Source: Octopus sinensis
Taxonomy: Eukaryota
DNA: 64,000 nt
NCBI RefSeq assembly: GCF_006345805.1
Contig: NC_043002.1
Location: 60,016,001 to 60,080,000 of the forward strand
Reading direction: 5' to 3'
The notes below the pieces were generated by a model. The model did not search any database and had not been told where the DNA came from. It saw only the letters and a list, made by a program, of their open reading frames with translations. This document shows, piece by piece, positions 42,131 to 53,695 of this stretch (position 1 is its first letter; every line of letters starts with the position of its first letter). The translations under genes and the position numbers were made by a program.

Positions 42131-42593
42131 AAATACGCCCATATCATCCATAAATAATATATATCCACATATATACATATAACTTATACATAATAAAATA
42201 AATAAATAAGTAAGTAAATAAAATAAAATAAATCTAATATAAATAAATAAAGTTTTAACTTACCAAACTCAATATTCCATGAACTGTTATATATTACTAT
42301 ACATTAATAATAAATTAATGAAAACAAAGAAACACCGATTAAAGACTAACTATAATTAAAGCCTAAACTACATAACTAAAAATATATGGTACTCTAAACT
42401 AAAATTAATATTATACTAAAGTAACCTTTAATAGGGAGCTATTAATGTTATTTATCATGAAACTTATTATATAGGTAAAGTAACCTATGTCTGCATTTTA
42501 TTTTGCGCTCTTCACCTGTATTAAGTAAATTATCATACTTATAAAATAAAATTTCTTTAAACTCATTAGAGCATAAATAACAACAATTCGCTC

Positions 42594-44879
42594 CTATAGT
42601 ATATAATTAATATTTTGTGATTTAAGTCTCCAAATGTACTTACTAAGTCCAGTGGAGTTGATTAAGTTTTTATTTTTAAAAGAATTCAGATGTTGTGCGA
42701 TTCTTAATTTTATTTTAGAGGAAGTAGACCCTATATAAACCGCTTTTGGGTAATTATTATTCTTAAAGTTATTATCATGTAATGTAACTATATATTTATA
42801 CACTACATCGTTAATATTACATTTATTATTTAATTTACATTTAGATTTATCTCTACAAGTACAATTAATATATGTCTTATCTTTATTATTATTATCAAAT
42901 AATTTATTTTTATAAAAATTATTCAATTTAAATTTATTAAATGAAGAAATAATGTTACCTACATTATTAGTAGTGGAATAACCTACTCCAAAATTATTAC
43001 TAGAGAAAATGTTTTTATATTTACGATCATCTCTAATAAATAGTTCTATAACATCTAAAATCTCTTTGATAATATTCGTTTTTACTTGATGACCATAAGG
43101 AACTATCAACCAAATTTTATTTTTATTAACCTTATTATTATAATTGTCATTATTATAATTATTATATTTATAATTCTTTATCTTATAAAAATTATTAACA
43201 GAATTATATCTATGTACAGCATTTAAGGAATTATTAATATTATTAATTTTATCAATATTATTATTATTATTATTAATTTTATTTTTATTATTCTTATTTT
43301 TATTTTTATTATTATTATTTTTATTTTTATAATTTCTAATATTTTTACCACTAATACTAACACAATTATAATTATTATTATTATAATTATCTCGAAAATT
43401 ATTAGTTATATCTTTATCTTTAATATTATAAAATTTAATATTCCTATTATAACCTGCCCCTCTAAGGGCCTCATTATAATAAGTAGCATGTTTATTAAAA
43501 ATCTCTATATCATAAGAGAGTAATGAAATGCGTTTACTTATATTATTAATCAAAGATTTTTTAATAGAATGTGGGTGATTACTATTAACATTTATATATC
43601 TAAGGTTCTCATTAATGTTATGATATGGTTGTGTTTTACCTGTAATTAGATTAAAATTAACATCTAAATAATTAACATTATAATTCTCCTTATATATAGT
43701 AATACTTAAACCATATCTTTTAAAGAAACTATATAGTTTTTTCTTATATACTTCTAGATTCCTATTAGTACAATTCTTTGTAATTAGTAGAAGATCATCT
43801 CTATATAAACCACCCTCTATCTTAAGATTTTCTAATTGGAGTTCAGATAAAAGAAAAATACCTACTAAATCAGTAGCTTGTGCAGAATCTGGTGCTCCCA
43901 TAGGTATATCAAAACAATCTCTAGTATCATTCCTAGCCCATAATTTATTTTTATATTTAATGAGCGATTTCCTAGCCATTTTAATTACATTAACTTCTTC
44001 AAGTGACATTCCCACCTTATTCATTGCGAAAATAACGGCTTTATTAAACACAATTTCATTAATAGAAGAATAATAATTATCTATATCTATTTGAATAAAT
44101 TTATAACGATTTTTATCTTTAATATTATTAAACCATTTCAATGTATTGTTATTACTAAACCATAATTTTAAATAATTAAGTTTATTTAATTTATTAATAT
44201 ATTTATCTAAAATAAATTTACTTAATTTACCTAGGTCAGATTTACATGGGCAAATTAATCTAACTTTAGGGTCTGAATAAAAATTATCTTTATGGTCTTT
44301 AAGAGTAATTCTGGGGTGCAAAGGTACATAAGGTTCAGTTTTATTATCCAATTCATATTTTAACATTACTAATTTAGAGGCCTTATTAATATTATAAAGT
44401 ATATCATCTGGAACAATTTTATATTTTTTAATTATTTCTTTCCCTAAGAGTTTATCATATAATTTAACATCTAATTTATATAAATTCCTAGTTTTATCAG
44501 ATTGTACTATAATACCATCCATATTTCTCATATCTTTAATTCTAATTGCTAAGTTTCTTAAATATTCATTATTTCTATTTGGGTATTTATGGAATTCAAT
44601 ATTTTTTACTACCTTCCATATATTATCTTCTAGTAATTGTAATTCTTTATTAAATGGAGGTTCCTTTCTAGATTTAAATTTATAGGTAAAATTATCATTC
44701 CTACTATCATTATCATTAAATAAATAAAAATTATAGTAATAAGCTTTCCATTTAATTCTAGAAATAAAACCTTTAACATTATTAATAAGTTTCAAAATAA
44801 ATTCCTTTCTAGAAGGTATAGGAATATCTTTCAAAGATGAATCCCAAAATAGCGGTTCTATCTTACCTGTAAATTCCAT
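42594..44879 (-). CDS. Penelope-like RT with a C-terminal GIY-YIG endonuclease, 761 aa; final ~50 aa out of frame (42448-42600)
   Basis: SDKTRNLYK, ITLKDHK...PKVRLI, IDIDNYYSSI, MGAPDSAQATDLVG, GLYRDDLL, YLDVNFNL, SNHPHSI, CTCRDKSKC...C and VVYK...YIGSTS...RIAQH. The shifted frame continues IGANCCYLCSNE...LLN...CRH...K* to 42448. Confidence 0.95.
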   Translation of the reverse strand: MEFTGKIEPLFWDSSLKDIPIPSRKEFILKLINNVKGFISRIKWKAYYYNFYLFNDNDSRNDNFTYKFKSRKEPPFNKELQLLEDNIWKVVKNIEFHKYPNRNNEYLRNLAIRIKDMRNMDGIIVQSDKTRNLYKLDVKLYDKLLGKEIIKKYKIVPDDILYNINKASKLVMLKYELDNKTEPYVPLHPRITLKDHKDNFYSDPKVRLICPCKSDLGKLSKFILDKYINKLNKLNYLKLWFSNNNTLKWFNNIKDKNRYKFIQIDIDNYYSSINEIVFNKAVIFAMNKVGMSLEEVNVIKMARKSLIKYKNKLWARNDTRDCFDIPMGAPDSAQATDLVGIFLLSELQLENLKIEGGLYRDDLLLITKNCTNRNLEVYKKKLYSFFKRYGLSITIYKENYNVNYLDVNFNLITGKTQPYHNINENLRYINVNSNHPHSIKKSLINNISKRISLLSYDIEIFNKHATYYNEALRGAGYNRNIKFYNIKDKDITNNFRDNYNNNNYNCVSISGKNIRNYKNKNNNNKNKNKNNKNKINNNNNNIDKINNINNSLNAVHRYNSVNNFYKIKNYKYNNYNNDNYNNKVNKNKIWLIVPYGHQVKTNIIKEILDVIELFIRDDRKYKNIFSSNNFGVGYSTTNNVGNIISSFNKFKLNNFYKNKLFDNNNKDKTYINCTCRDKSKCKLNNKCNINDVVYKYIVTLHDNNFKNNNYPKAVYIGSTSSKIKLRIAQHLNSFKNKNLINSTGLSKYIWRLKSQNINYIL

Positions 44880-45016
44880 AATTTACGAAATTGAGGTATT
44901 ACACTCAATATACAAAATTATCAATATATTAAATAATAATAAATATTAGGGAATAAATCCAAAATTACAGGGAAAAAATCAGATTTAGGATTAAATCCAA
45001 TTTTATAGTAAAATAT

Positions 45017-45289
45017 TATATAATATTAATTCGAGACAAAACCACTATTTTGCAAATCAAACAAGGGAAGACTTAATCAATACATAAAAAAATTTAATAT
45101 AAAGTAAATAAATCGCCACTACAATTGTTTCATGTCTTCAAATGACATTCGTCAGGTGGATTTCCGATCTAAAAATATCAATATTTTAAAATATAAGTTT
45201 AAAATAATATAAATTTGTCAATGAAATAATATAAATATATATAATCTATATATAATCTATATATAATCTATATATAATCAACATATAAT
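45017..45289 (-). repeat. 5' pseudo-LTR
   Basis: Direct repeat of 39508-39780; lies ~140 bp upstream of the ATG at 44879. Confidence 0.93.
45112..45168 (-). ncRNA. Type I hammerhead ribozyme with an intact core
   Basis: ATCG gaaat CCAC CTGACGA ATGTC atttgaa GACAT GAAA CAATTG TA GTGG CGAT: bulged stem I, 5-bp stem II, palindromic ACAATTGT stem III and a GUA cleavage triplet. Confidence 0.9.
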
Positions 45290-45694
45290 TCAGGTGATTT
45301 CATGGTAAACAATTCATCATTTTACGTCATCCAAGAAATTGAAATTTTTACCATTAAGACTATTCTGCACAGACCTGAATAAGTGGAAATCCGAAGGTGC
45401 AATGTCTGGTGAATATGGAGGGTGAGGTAACACATCCCAGCCGAGCTGCAGCAATTTTTGCCTCGTTCCCAAAGCATCAAGTGCCGAAAATGAACTTTCT
45501 TGTCTTGCATTTTAAAGGGTTACAGAATTAACACAGGTCATAGGAACACAAACCTTCTTCCAAAAAAAGATATCTTAAACTGTGCTCTAAACGGAAGTGC
45601 AGTCAAATCCTATGTTATGGACTCAACCATATTCTAAAATAAGCCGAAATGTAAGCTACTATAAATCGACACGAACTTTCCGGACAACCTAATA
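45290..45694 (-). mobile_element. Internally deleted mariner fragment with left TIR
   Basis: TIR TATTAGGTTGTCCGGAAAGTTCGTGTCGATTT. MQDKKVHFRHLMLW is fused to LGWDVLPHPPYSPDIAPSDFHLFRS. Confidence 0.88.
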
Positions 45695-46254
45695 TTTCTC
45701 ACACAAAAATTATCTCAGCGCAGAGTCTATTTGAAAGTTAAAACTAGAAACTACAGTACGATTAGAAATTCACGTACGATTTGAAATGGCTCAAACATAA
45801 TTTGGTTGTTGTCTCATATTTGTAACGTTGGTTAGTTTGAATGTCGTATTATGCAAGCCATTTTCATCTATTTAAACTGAAAGCACGACTATTTGAATCA
45901 CTCTTGTCATGTGTGGATGTTTCGATATGTGCATTTGTGAGAGTGTGTATACGTTCATGTGTGTATATGTGTGTGTACGTATCTATATAGAATAGAATAT
46001 TTTGTTGTATCCCTGTGTGTCGCAGGACGAATATACAGATGTGTGTATGTGTAAGTGTGTGTCCTCAAACCATTTTCTTTTGCTGCCGCTCTCATGCATA
46101 TACTGGACGCAATTCTTCCTATTTATCTCACATGTCTGGAGCTTATTCAAGACTGCCTCATTATTCACATCCTTCATCCACACCAGCTATTCACCCCTGT
46201 CATGGTCATCCCCTTTAGTGTTCCATAACTTCATGCTCTTTCTCATGCCATCCG

Positions 46255-46720
46255 ACCTTATAATGTGACCAATGAATTATAATATTTGTCAATCAATGCT
46301 TCCAAAGTAACGCCATGTTTCAATTCATGCCGTATTGATTCTTTAGGCCTTCTCTCTATCCATGATATTGTCAATAATCTTCGCTAGACCCACATTTTCA
46401 ATGCATCAATTTTCCTTCTATCTTGTTTGTTAATTGTAGAGCTTGTGCATCCACACATCATTACTGAATATACCTTTGATTTTAACAATGTATCCTTTGT
46501 TCTTTGCGACGCTCCTTTATCTTTCTTAATTTTCTCCAGTTCTAACATTGCAACCTTTCTCAAAGCTGTTCTGTAAATTTCTTTTGAGCATCTCCTATTT
46601 CTTTCAGCGCTGGATTCCAGCAAAGGCAACAAACACAGTCTCTTCTTCCACGGCCTGCTCACAAATAATGCATTTCTTTCAATATCAAGTTGACGTAACT
46701 TCAGTTTATTTGAAGTTTAG
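46255..46720 (-). mobile_element. RTE-clade LINE 3' coding fragment
   Basis: CSKEIYRTALRKVAMLELEKIKKDK...TK...VYSVMMCGCTS..INKQDRRKIDALKMWV. Confidence 0.75.
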
Positions 46721-47259
46721 TTTCACTCCAGCCTTTACACTTTCTCTTACATTTTCTCTCTTACTTCTCTTTATTTTCTGGCAACAGAGCTGTATGGAAA
46801 AAACTGATAATATAAAAACATTAACAGATAAAGCTACCATCCTCTACAGAATTCCTCACTAAACTAGATTTTGTATAAAAGGTTTAGTAAAAAGAAAATA
46901 CAAACCAGAAATCAACACATAGATGCAACACACAATATAAATATTGAAAGTAAGGCGCTATTCTTATCCGGTCATGACAACTTTAAATATTCGTTCCAAC
47001 ATAATGTTCCTTGCTACCTATTACAAAATGCATCAATATCATGTAATACTAAACATTTTCTCCTGAAGTAGAGGCTGAGAAGTTCATAAACCGTATTATC
47101 CGTTGCAACGTTATTGTTCTGGGTTTAAATACAAAGAACGAATAAAGAAATTCGAATAAACTTCGATGTAAAAACATTAAATTTTGATATATACCCGTTT
47201 CTTATAATATTTAACAGAATACAGACATAAGTTAATGTCAGCATATATACTGCCTTCTC

Positions 47260-47338
<79 letters not shown>

Positions 47339-48131
47339 CTATGCATGTATTATGTATATCAGTATATCACCACCTGCAATATCCAATGGAATCGAAATAT
47401 TTTAAAAGCTAAGACACAAAGTCAGAATCGAGGATAGCATCAGCAGTGTGTACAGACACACACATTCTCACCAGGGTTTAGGATTTGCACTTCTGCCTAC
47501 GCATACATCCAGAAATAGTGACCAAAGGCACTCAACGTATATGTAAATTATAAAAATACATAGTACGCATTCCACGTTCCATTCTGGTACGCATTCCACG
47601 TTCCACTGCTGGCTCAAATCCCCATGATACAAGGAAAATTTCAAATGTGGTATCGTATAAATAATAGTACAATTGTGGAGAGGTTCACTACAGGTGTTTC
47701 AGACGTGATTTCTTTTATTGATGAACAAATCAATTACATCATATAAAAAACTTTTCTTTTTTCAGTTGAATTAAAACTAAGATAAATTTTCACATGGGGT
47801 ATTTTTTTACCTAAAGGGTATAGAATGAGACGGTTGAAAGAGTAAACTGAGGAGCGTTATTTTCATCTTAAGTATACGTGGTAATAAATTTGTCCACATG
47901 TCAGAGAATGGTGAATGGATGAAATTTTTTTTAAACCTCACATCCCAGTAATAGGAAGCTAAAAGGTTAGACGATGGCGCTATTTTCTCAGATGTAATAG
48001 CCCGGGCGACTCTGTAAATAGCCTACCTGACGTAAAGGTATGCCAGGAAAAAACGGATGTTAGATATTAAAAGAATTACGTACACACAAACACACACACT
48101 CATACACACGCATACACACAATATATGTATG

Positions 48132-48203
<72 letters not shown>

Positions 48204-48204
<1 letters not shown>

Positions 48205-48817
48205 TAGCTGAATGTGACCCGCTCTACGCGCGGGTAAGAGTGTGGTTGTTACTTTCTGTTGCTTCCTTTCAGCACGTAAAAAGCACCATCCGAACGTGGC
48301 CGATTGCAGCGCCGCCTTGACTGGCTTCTGTGCCGGTGGCACGTAAAAAGCACCGACCGATCGTTGCCGCTGCCAGCCTCTTGGCACCTGTGCCGGCGGC
48401 ACGAAAAAAACACCCACTACACTCACATATATATAAATGAACGCAATGAATATCTGATTCATAATATTTGTTCTCATGATTGTGTGTTGGTGGTGGCATG
48501 TGGCGATGATAATTCTCCCTATGAATGCAGACAGATACATCAAAGAACGCCGTCTGACGAACTTTACATTAAATAACGGGAGTGGAAATGTCTAAGTTAT
48601 AAATGAAGGGGAGTTAGGGGGGAATGGAGGAAATAGCGTGAGTGAGGAAGATGACCCCTAGCAACCACACCTTTTAAGATAGGGATTTCTAAGGTAGCCC
48701 ACGGGCATCGTCACCTCATTCTACAAGTCCCTGTAAATTTTGGAGCGAATTGGACGGGACGTAGTGGCATTGAAAGCGAGCCAAGCGGTAAAAACGCATT
48801 TCAGTTTTATACATAGA
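48204..48817 (-). mobile_element. Non-autonomous Helitron/HINE-like element
   Basis: Minus strand begins A|TCTATGTATAAAACTGAAATGCG and ends CCCGC-GCGTAGA-GCGGG hairpin + CTAG|T. Inserted at an AT site within (TA)n. Confidence 0.8.
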
Positions 48818-49084
48818 TATATATATATATACATCACTTTGATCCCTTAACATACGGTATAGATTTCACTTCGATCCTCCACATCCATGTGGTATGCGTT
48901 TTGCTTTCAAGCCTCGCTCGTGGGTTTACTTTTACGGATATACTGGAAAGAAGACTGTTGATTTGCATAACGTCCTTTAAAAGTGCCTTCACTTAAACCA
49001 ACGTAATATTTCTTTTCGATTGCGTCATCTTAAAGCGTTACTGTGACTTCTACCTCATAGGCAACAAAGTTTATAATACATGTC

Positions 49085-49235
49085 TGATCCTTACCCCCTC
49101 TCGACAACTTATTTTATCGACCCTGAAAGGATGAAATGCAACATCGACTTCGTTGGAACTCAGAACTTAAAGATGGACGAAATGTCGCTAAGCATTTTCC
49201 CCGGTTTATTAACGATTCAGCCAGCTCGCCGCTTT
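49085..49235 (-). mobile_element. tRNA-derived SINE fragment (21055 family)
   Basis: Minus strand GGCGAGCTGGCTGAATCGTTAA...AAAATGCTTAGCGACATTTCGTCC...GTCGATGTTGCATTTCATCCTTTCAGGGTCGATAAAATAAGT. Confidence 0.7.
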
Positions 49236-49700
49236 ATTGGTATACATTATTGTCGATAGTTTGGATCAGAGAGGACACCTCTGACAGCACAAACACATGA
49301 GGATTATTCATTCTGATAGGATGTTACAGATCTAAGAGACGAGCCATGGATGTGAAATGGTGAGCTAAAAGTTTAACTAGAATGTCTACGCATACTCTCT
49401 TACACACACACGCATGTGCGCACAGAACTTGCATACACATATATATTACCAACAGATTAATAACTAACTCTCCATTTTAGATTATCTCTCTCTATTTGTC
49501 TGTCTGCCTATCTATCAATCTATCGCTATATGCTTGCCCGTTTTCTGTCCGTCTTCGTTTCAGCAAAACATGATTGATAGTATAAATATCAGGCTTCGAA
49601 AAACATAAGTTTCGAGGTCGAAAAAGACCAAACAAACATTTGCTTATGCTGGAGCACCACCATGGTACCCCAGCTTATACAAATATCAATATTTGTGAGT

Positions 49701-49778
<78 letters not shown>

Positions 49779-50769
49779 ACGTATCATGCCTCTTAGCACT
49801 TAACAGCAAGCGTTGCGTTGCTCGCTTGTATTCGCGTTCGATTCCATATAAAGAGACAAAATATAAGCAGCAGACTAAAAAAGAAAAAGAAAAAAATTAC
49901 CAGCAAGGAATTGATCGCCTAAGAACCCCAAGACATGGTCACAGTAAAATTACTAAAACACTATAATAAATCAAAGATTTATGAGTATATATAGGCATAC
50001 ATGTATGAATATGTATGTGTGTGTACATATATACACGTACAAACAGGTTTATTTATTTTTAATAAGGAACACAAACACGGAGAGGTCAAAGGAACATCGA
50101 AGCAAAGATATAGATTTGTTAGTGTGTATGCGTTTCTCTGCTGGTAGTGAAAGAAAAAATGTTTAAACGAATTATATAAATGAAAGCGAAGCAAGGATAA
50201 AGGTTATGATAATTCAAAATTGCTAATAAGATTCTGGAAGATTTCATCTTTGAATAGGAGTAAAACACTTGAATAATCTTAGCCAATTTCACTAAATCGA
50301 TATTGTTCCTTAATATATGTAGTATTTAAGTAACACTAATTATAATTCTTGATTGCATCCCTATCTATTAACTTGGCTACTTTTTACCCTTTGCCTCTCT
50401 TTGAATTCACTTTTATCTATAATTTGTCTCTAATTATATTTAGTATTATAATTTCTCTCAGATAACCTCTTACTCTCGTCTGATAAGTTCAACTGTCTGC
50501 TACCCAGTCACGATGTTTTGAGTCTCTTAACAAATTTAATTTCGAGCAAAATCAATCAGACAAACAAGACTTAACCGTTAGTAAATAATATGATGCTTGA
50601 TGTTTTCCGGGGAATAAGAACAAAAATTAAAGTAAAAACAAACAAATCAAAGAATTTATAGCTATGCCTTTTCCTTTTGTTCCTAATTTAGATTCCTTTG
50701 TTCATAATTCAGCATGATTGCTGATCCATACTGTGACCCATATACCAAATGAGAATTTGGACGATACTT

Positions 50770-51050
50770 TTATCGCAAAATATTGAAGAAATAAATTACT
50801 TCTAGCAATTTCTATAGTGCATAGGGAATAAAATTTATTTGATGTTGAGAGCGAAAATTGTGAAATAAAACGGAGAATTACGTTGCCGGATTGTTTCGAG
50901 TTCAATTGCATCTACTTCTTAGAATATTGCCTAACTACGGGGCTACTTGCTTTCACATAAGCTCAATATGCCTTGTATTAAATGCAAAATATTACAACTG
51001 AGGCTGATGAATAGTTCGAAACATTGGAAAATAAAGAGAATATTGTGAGA
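50770..51050 (+). mobile_element. Possible ancient RTE remnant
   Basis: ENCEIKRRITL motif, with weak downstream similarity. Heavily decayed. Confidence 0.3.
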
Positions 51051-52619
51051 AAATGATATACTTACTTCGGTGTTGCTCGGCATTTTTAAAAACTGAGAAA
51101 TAAACATTACACTATACATATTTTTTAAGTTAATGTCAGCTGCTCTGTATTTTATTCCAATTAACAACAAATAAATCCGAGAAATAAAGCAGTAATTTCG
51201 TCATACAGCAATAGCATATGGTGACATATAAACAATCAATAGTTCCATCAAATATTTCTCATTTAATATCGAGGCCAGGAATTGGACGGGAACGGTAAAC
51301 ACATTAAGGCAAACACCGGCGTCTGCCTCTTAGTTTTTTCTCTGTCCTAGTAAGATAAAATGCAAATTTTTTCATACTTTTAATCAGGTGATATGGGATT
51401 AAATAACAACAAAATACGCAGGATCGAGTCAAGCGCTCTCTCAATTCTTCTTAAGGATTTGGTGTGACCAAACTTTGTCATATCGGGTATTGAAACTGTT
51501 TTGGAATCACAGAGGAAATGTCTGGAATTAGCGACGCTTAAAATTGTCCCTTAAATGAAGATGAAGCAAATATTTTTGTGAGAAATTTTAAAATATCATA
51601 TTTTACATACGTAAGTTACAGAACATCGATCAAAGCAAATTACATACATTACAAGTTTCATCTATAAATTTGAAGTAAGTCAGAGAATTGGCAGGAATGT
51701 CAAGATTGTATAGAACACGAACAAAAGTTGGCGTTAGTATAGGAAATGAGAAAACGGGCGGAACAAACGGAAGAAAGCGCATGGGTTGTATTCATTGGCA
51801 TATAATAAATATTTCAACTAGGCCCGAGGTTTGGTTGAAATTACAAGTCTGTAGTGATCCCGCCGATAAATTGGTTGCCACTGAAGGAAATGACAAGGCG
51901 AGAAACGGAGACACGTTACAAGGGTATATATTTGAATATAATAAATGTTTCTCGTATTAATTTGAAGCGGGAGGACCTTACGATATGGCAAAATATGTTC
52001 AATCATTGCCCTAAATTCGTCAAATACGACTCTGGGTTATGGATAACGGACATATGATTTTCCATTCGCTGGGCATCGCTGGGGATCGATGTTTTTTGTA
52101 AAACGATATGTATAGACCATTAAAATATATTATTTACGTCTGTATTATAAGGTATATGGCACGCAGCTTCGGTTCGGCAATCAAAATGGTCGATGCATTA
52201 TATTAGCTATTATTGGAGCATCAACGCACATAAGAACTGTAGGGCCTACGGTTACGCAGCTACTCGAGTCATGCTATTATTCAGGTTAAAATAAATCACA
52301 TGATACAGAAGCATAGTGACATGTCATTGCCAGCGCCGCCGTCGTCGTCGTCGTCATCATCATCATCGTCGTCGCTAATATCATCGTCGTTGCCACAGCG
52401 ATGAAAACCATAACTACAACGACGACGACGATCAGGCCCACAACCAGCAGCAGCAGCAGCACCAGCACCACCACCACAACCACCACCACCACCACTATAA
52501 TGTTCTTTAGAAAATACTACAGCGAAGTAATTCAGCCAGCACAACCATTACTAGAAACCGACCTCTCCACTATCATCATTATCATTATCATCACCATCGA
52601 TCTTCATCTCATCTACTTT

Positions 52620-52658
<39 letters not shown>

Positions 52659-53161
52659 GTCATCATCATCATCATCATCATCAACAGCAGCTGCAGCAGC
52701 GTTAGTACAACAAAAGCGACCACCACCTCCACTGTCACCATCACCACCACAACAGCACCACCATAGATTTTGATCCACATAATTGTAATATAAATTATCA
52801 CTTCTTGATCACTCCGATGGGGCATTATATCTCAGTTTCCGAAATCACTTCAATTTTCAAGTTGCAGCCATGATGTATTAAAGAGGATTATCTCCAAGAC
52901 AATTGAACTGTTAATTAAACGTGCAATTAGTAACAATTACTCCAGACCTTAATTAGACCAGAGAATCGCATTCAAATTGTGACATTACTATCGAATTAAT
53001 ACCATTTGTAATCGTTCGATGTGTTTTTGTCTGCCTATTTATCTGGCATGCTTCGAGAAAGTTCTGCTGTCTGTATTTATATAACTTAATATAATGCAGA
53101 CGTAAATTCGTTATACACTTATCCATACCCCTAGATGGACCCCATTGTTCATATACATAAT

Positions 53162-53218
<57 letters not shown>

Positions 53219-53391
53219 GCCTATATGGACGGACATATGGACGGACATTCTTATGCACAGACGTACATAATGTCTTCTCATATATGTACAAACATTCATC
53301 AGCGAATATATATACATACATATTTACACAATCACACACATCTGTATGTATGTATGTATGTATGTATGTATGTATGTATGTATGTATGTAT

Positions 53392-53518
<127 letters not shown>

Positions 53519-53522
53519 CATA

Positions 53523-53571
<49 letters not shown>

Positions 53572-53575
53572 ACAA

Positions 53576-53695
53576 GGATACGGCCATATCCGTGTTGAAA
53601 GCACCGCCTCTCGTCCGATCACCGAAGTTAAGCAACGTCGAGCCTAGTTAGTACTTAGATGGGTGACCGCTTAGGAAACCTAGGTGCTGTAAGCG
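53576..53695 (+). pseudogene. 5S rRNA-derived copy (pseudogene or SINE3-like head)
   Basis: ~120 nt: TACGGCCATA...CTCGTCCGATCACCGAAGTTAAGCAACG (box A region)...TTAGTACTTAGATGGGTGACCG (box C region)...GGTGCTGTAAGC. Helix I has 5' mismatches and there is no oligo-T terminator. Confidence 0.9.

Larger units (their letters stand above)
39508..45289 (-). mobile_element. Near-intact Penelope-like retroelement, probably Naiad group, with 273-bp terminal direct repeats
   Basis: 39508-39780 and 45017-45289 are direct repeats (5 differences counted by eye) enclosing the RT/GIY-YIG ORF. The 3' end abuts a (TA)n tract. Confidence 0.93.

Noticed and set aside
42448-44879. Selenocysteine recoding as known for some Naiad elements
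   Set aside because: No in-frame TGA in the ORF, the linker cysteines are normal TGT codons, the stop is a TAG explained by a frameshift, and no SECIS was recognised by eye.
42594-44879. Telomerase, group II intron maturase, or organellar/bacterial contamination
   Set aside because: PLE-type motifs, a C-terminal GIY-YIG, pLTRs with hammerheads and continuity with host repeats fit a Penelope-like element.
45290-45694. Penelope element inserted into the middle of this mariner
   Set aside because: No continuation of the mariner or right TIR was found at the other flank (~39500), so nesting is unsupported.
47560-47610. Duplicated GTACGCATTCCACGTTCCA
   Set aside because: Simple two-copy micro-duplication with no further structure.
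51690-52260. Possible host exon in unique, more GC-balanced sequence (also 14800-15330, 32200-32600, 52950-53130)
   Set aside because: No recognisable protein motif or convincing splice-bounded ORF; RNA-seq or a homology search would be needed.
53576-53695. Functional 5S rRNA gene
   Set aside because: Solitary copy with 5' helix I mismatches, no oligo-T terminator and fusion to a SINE tail.
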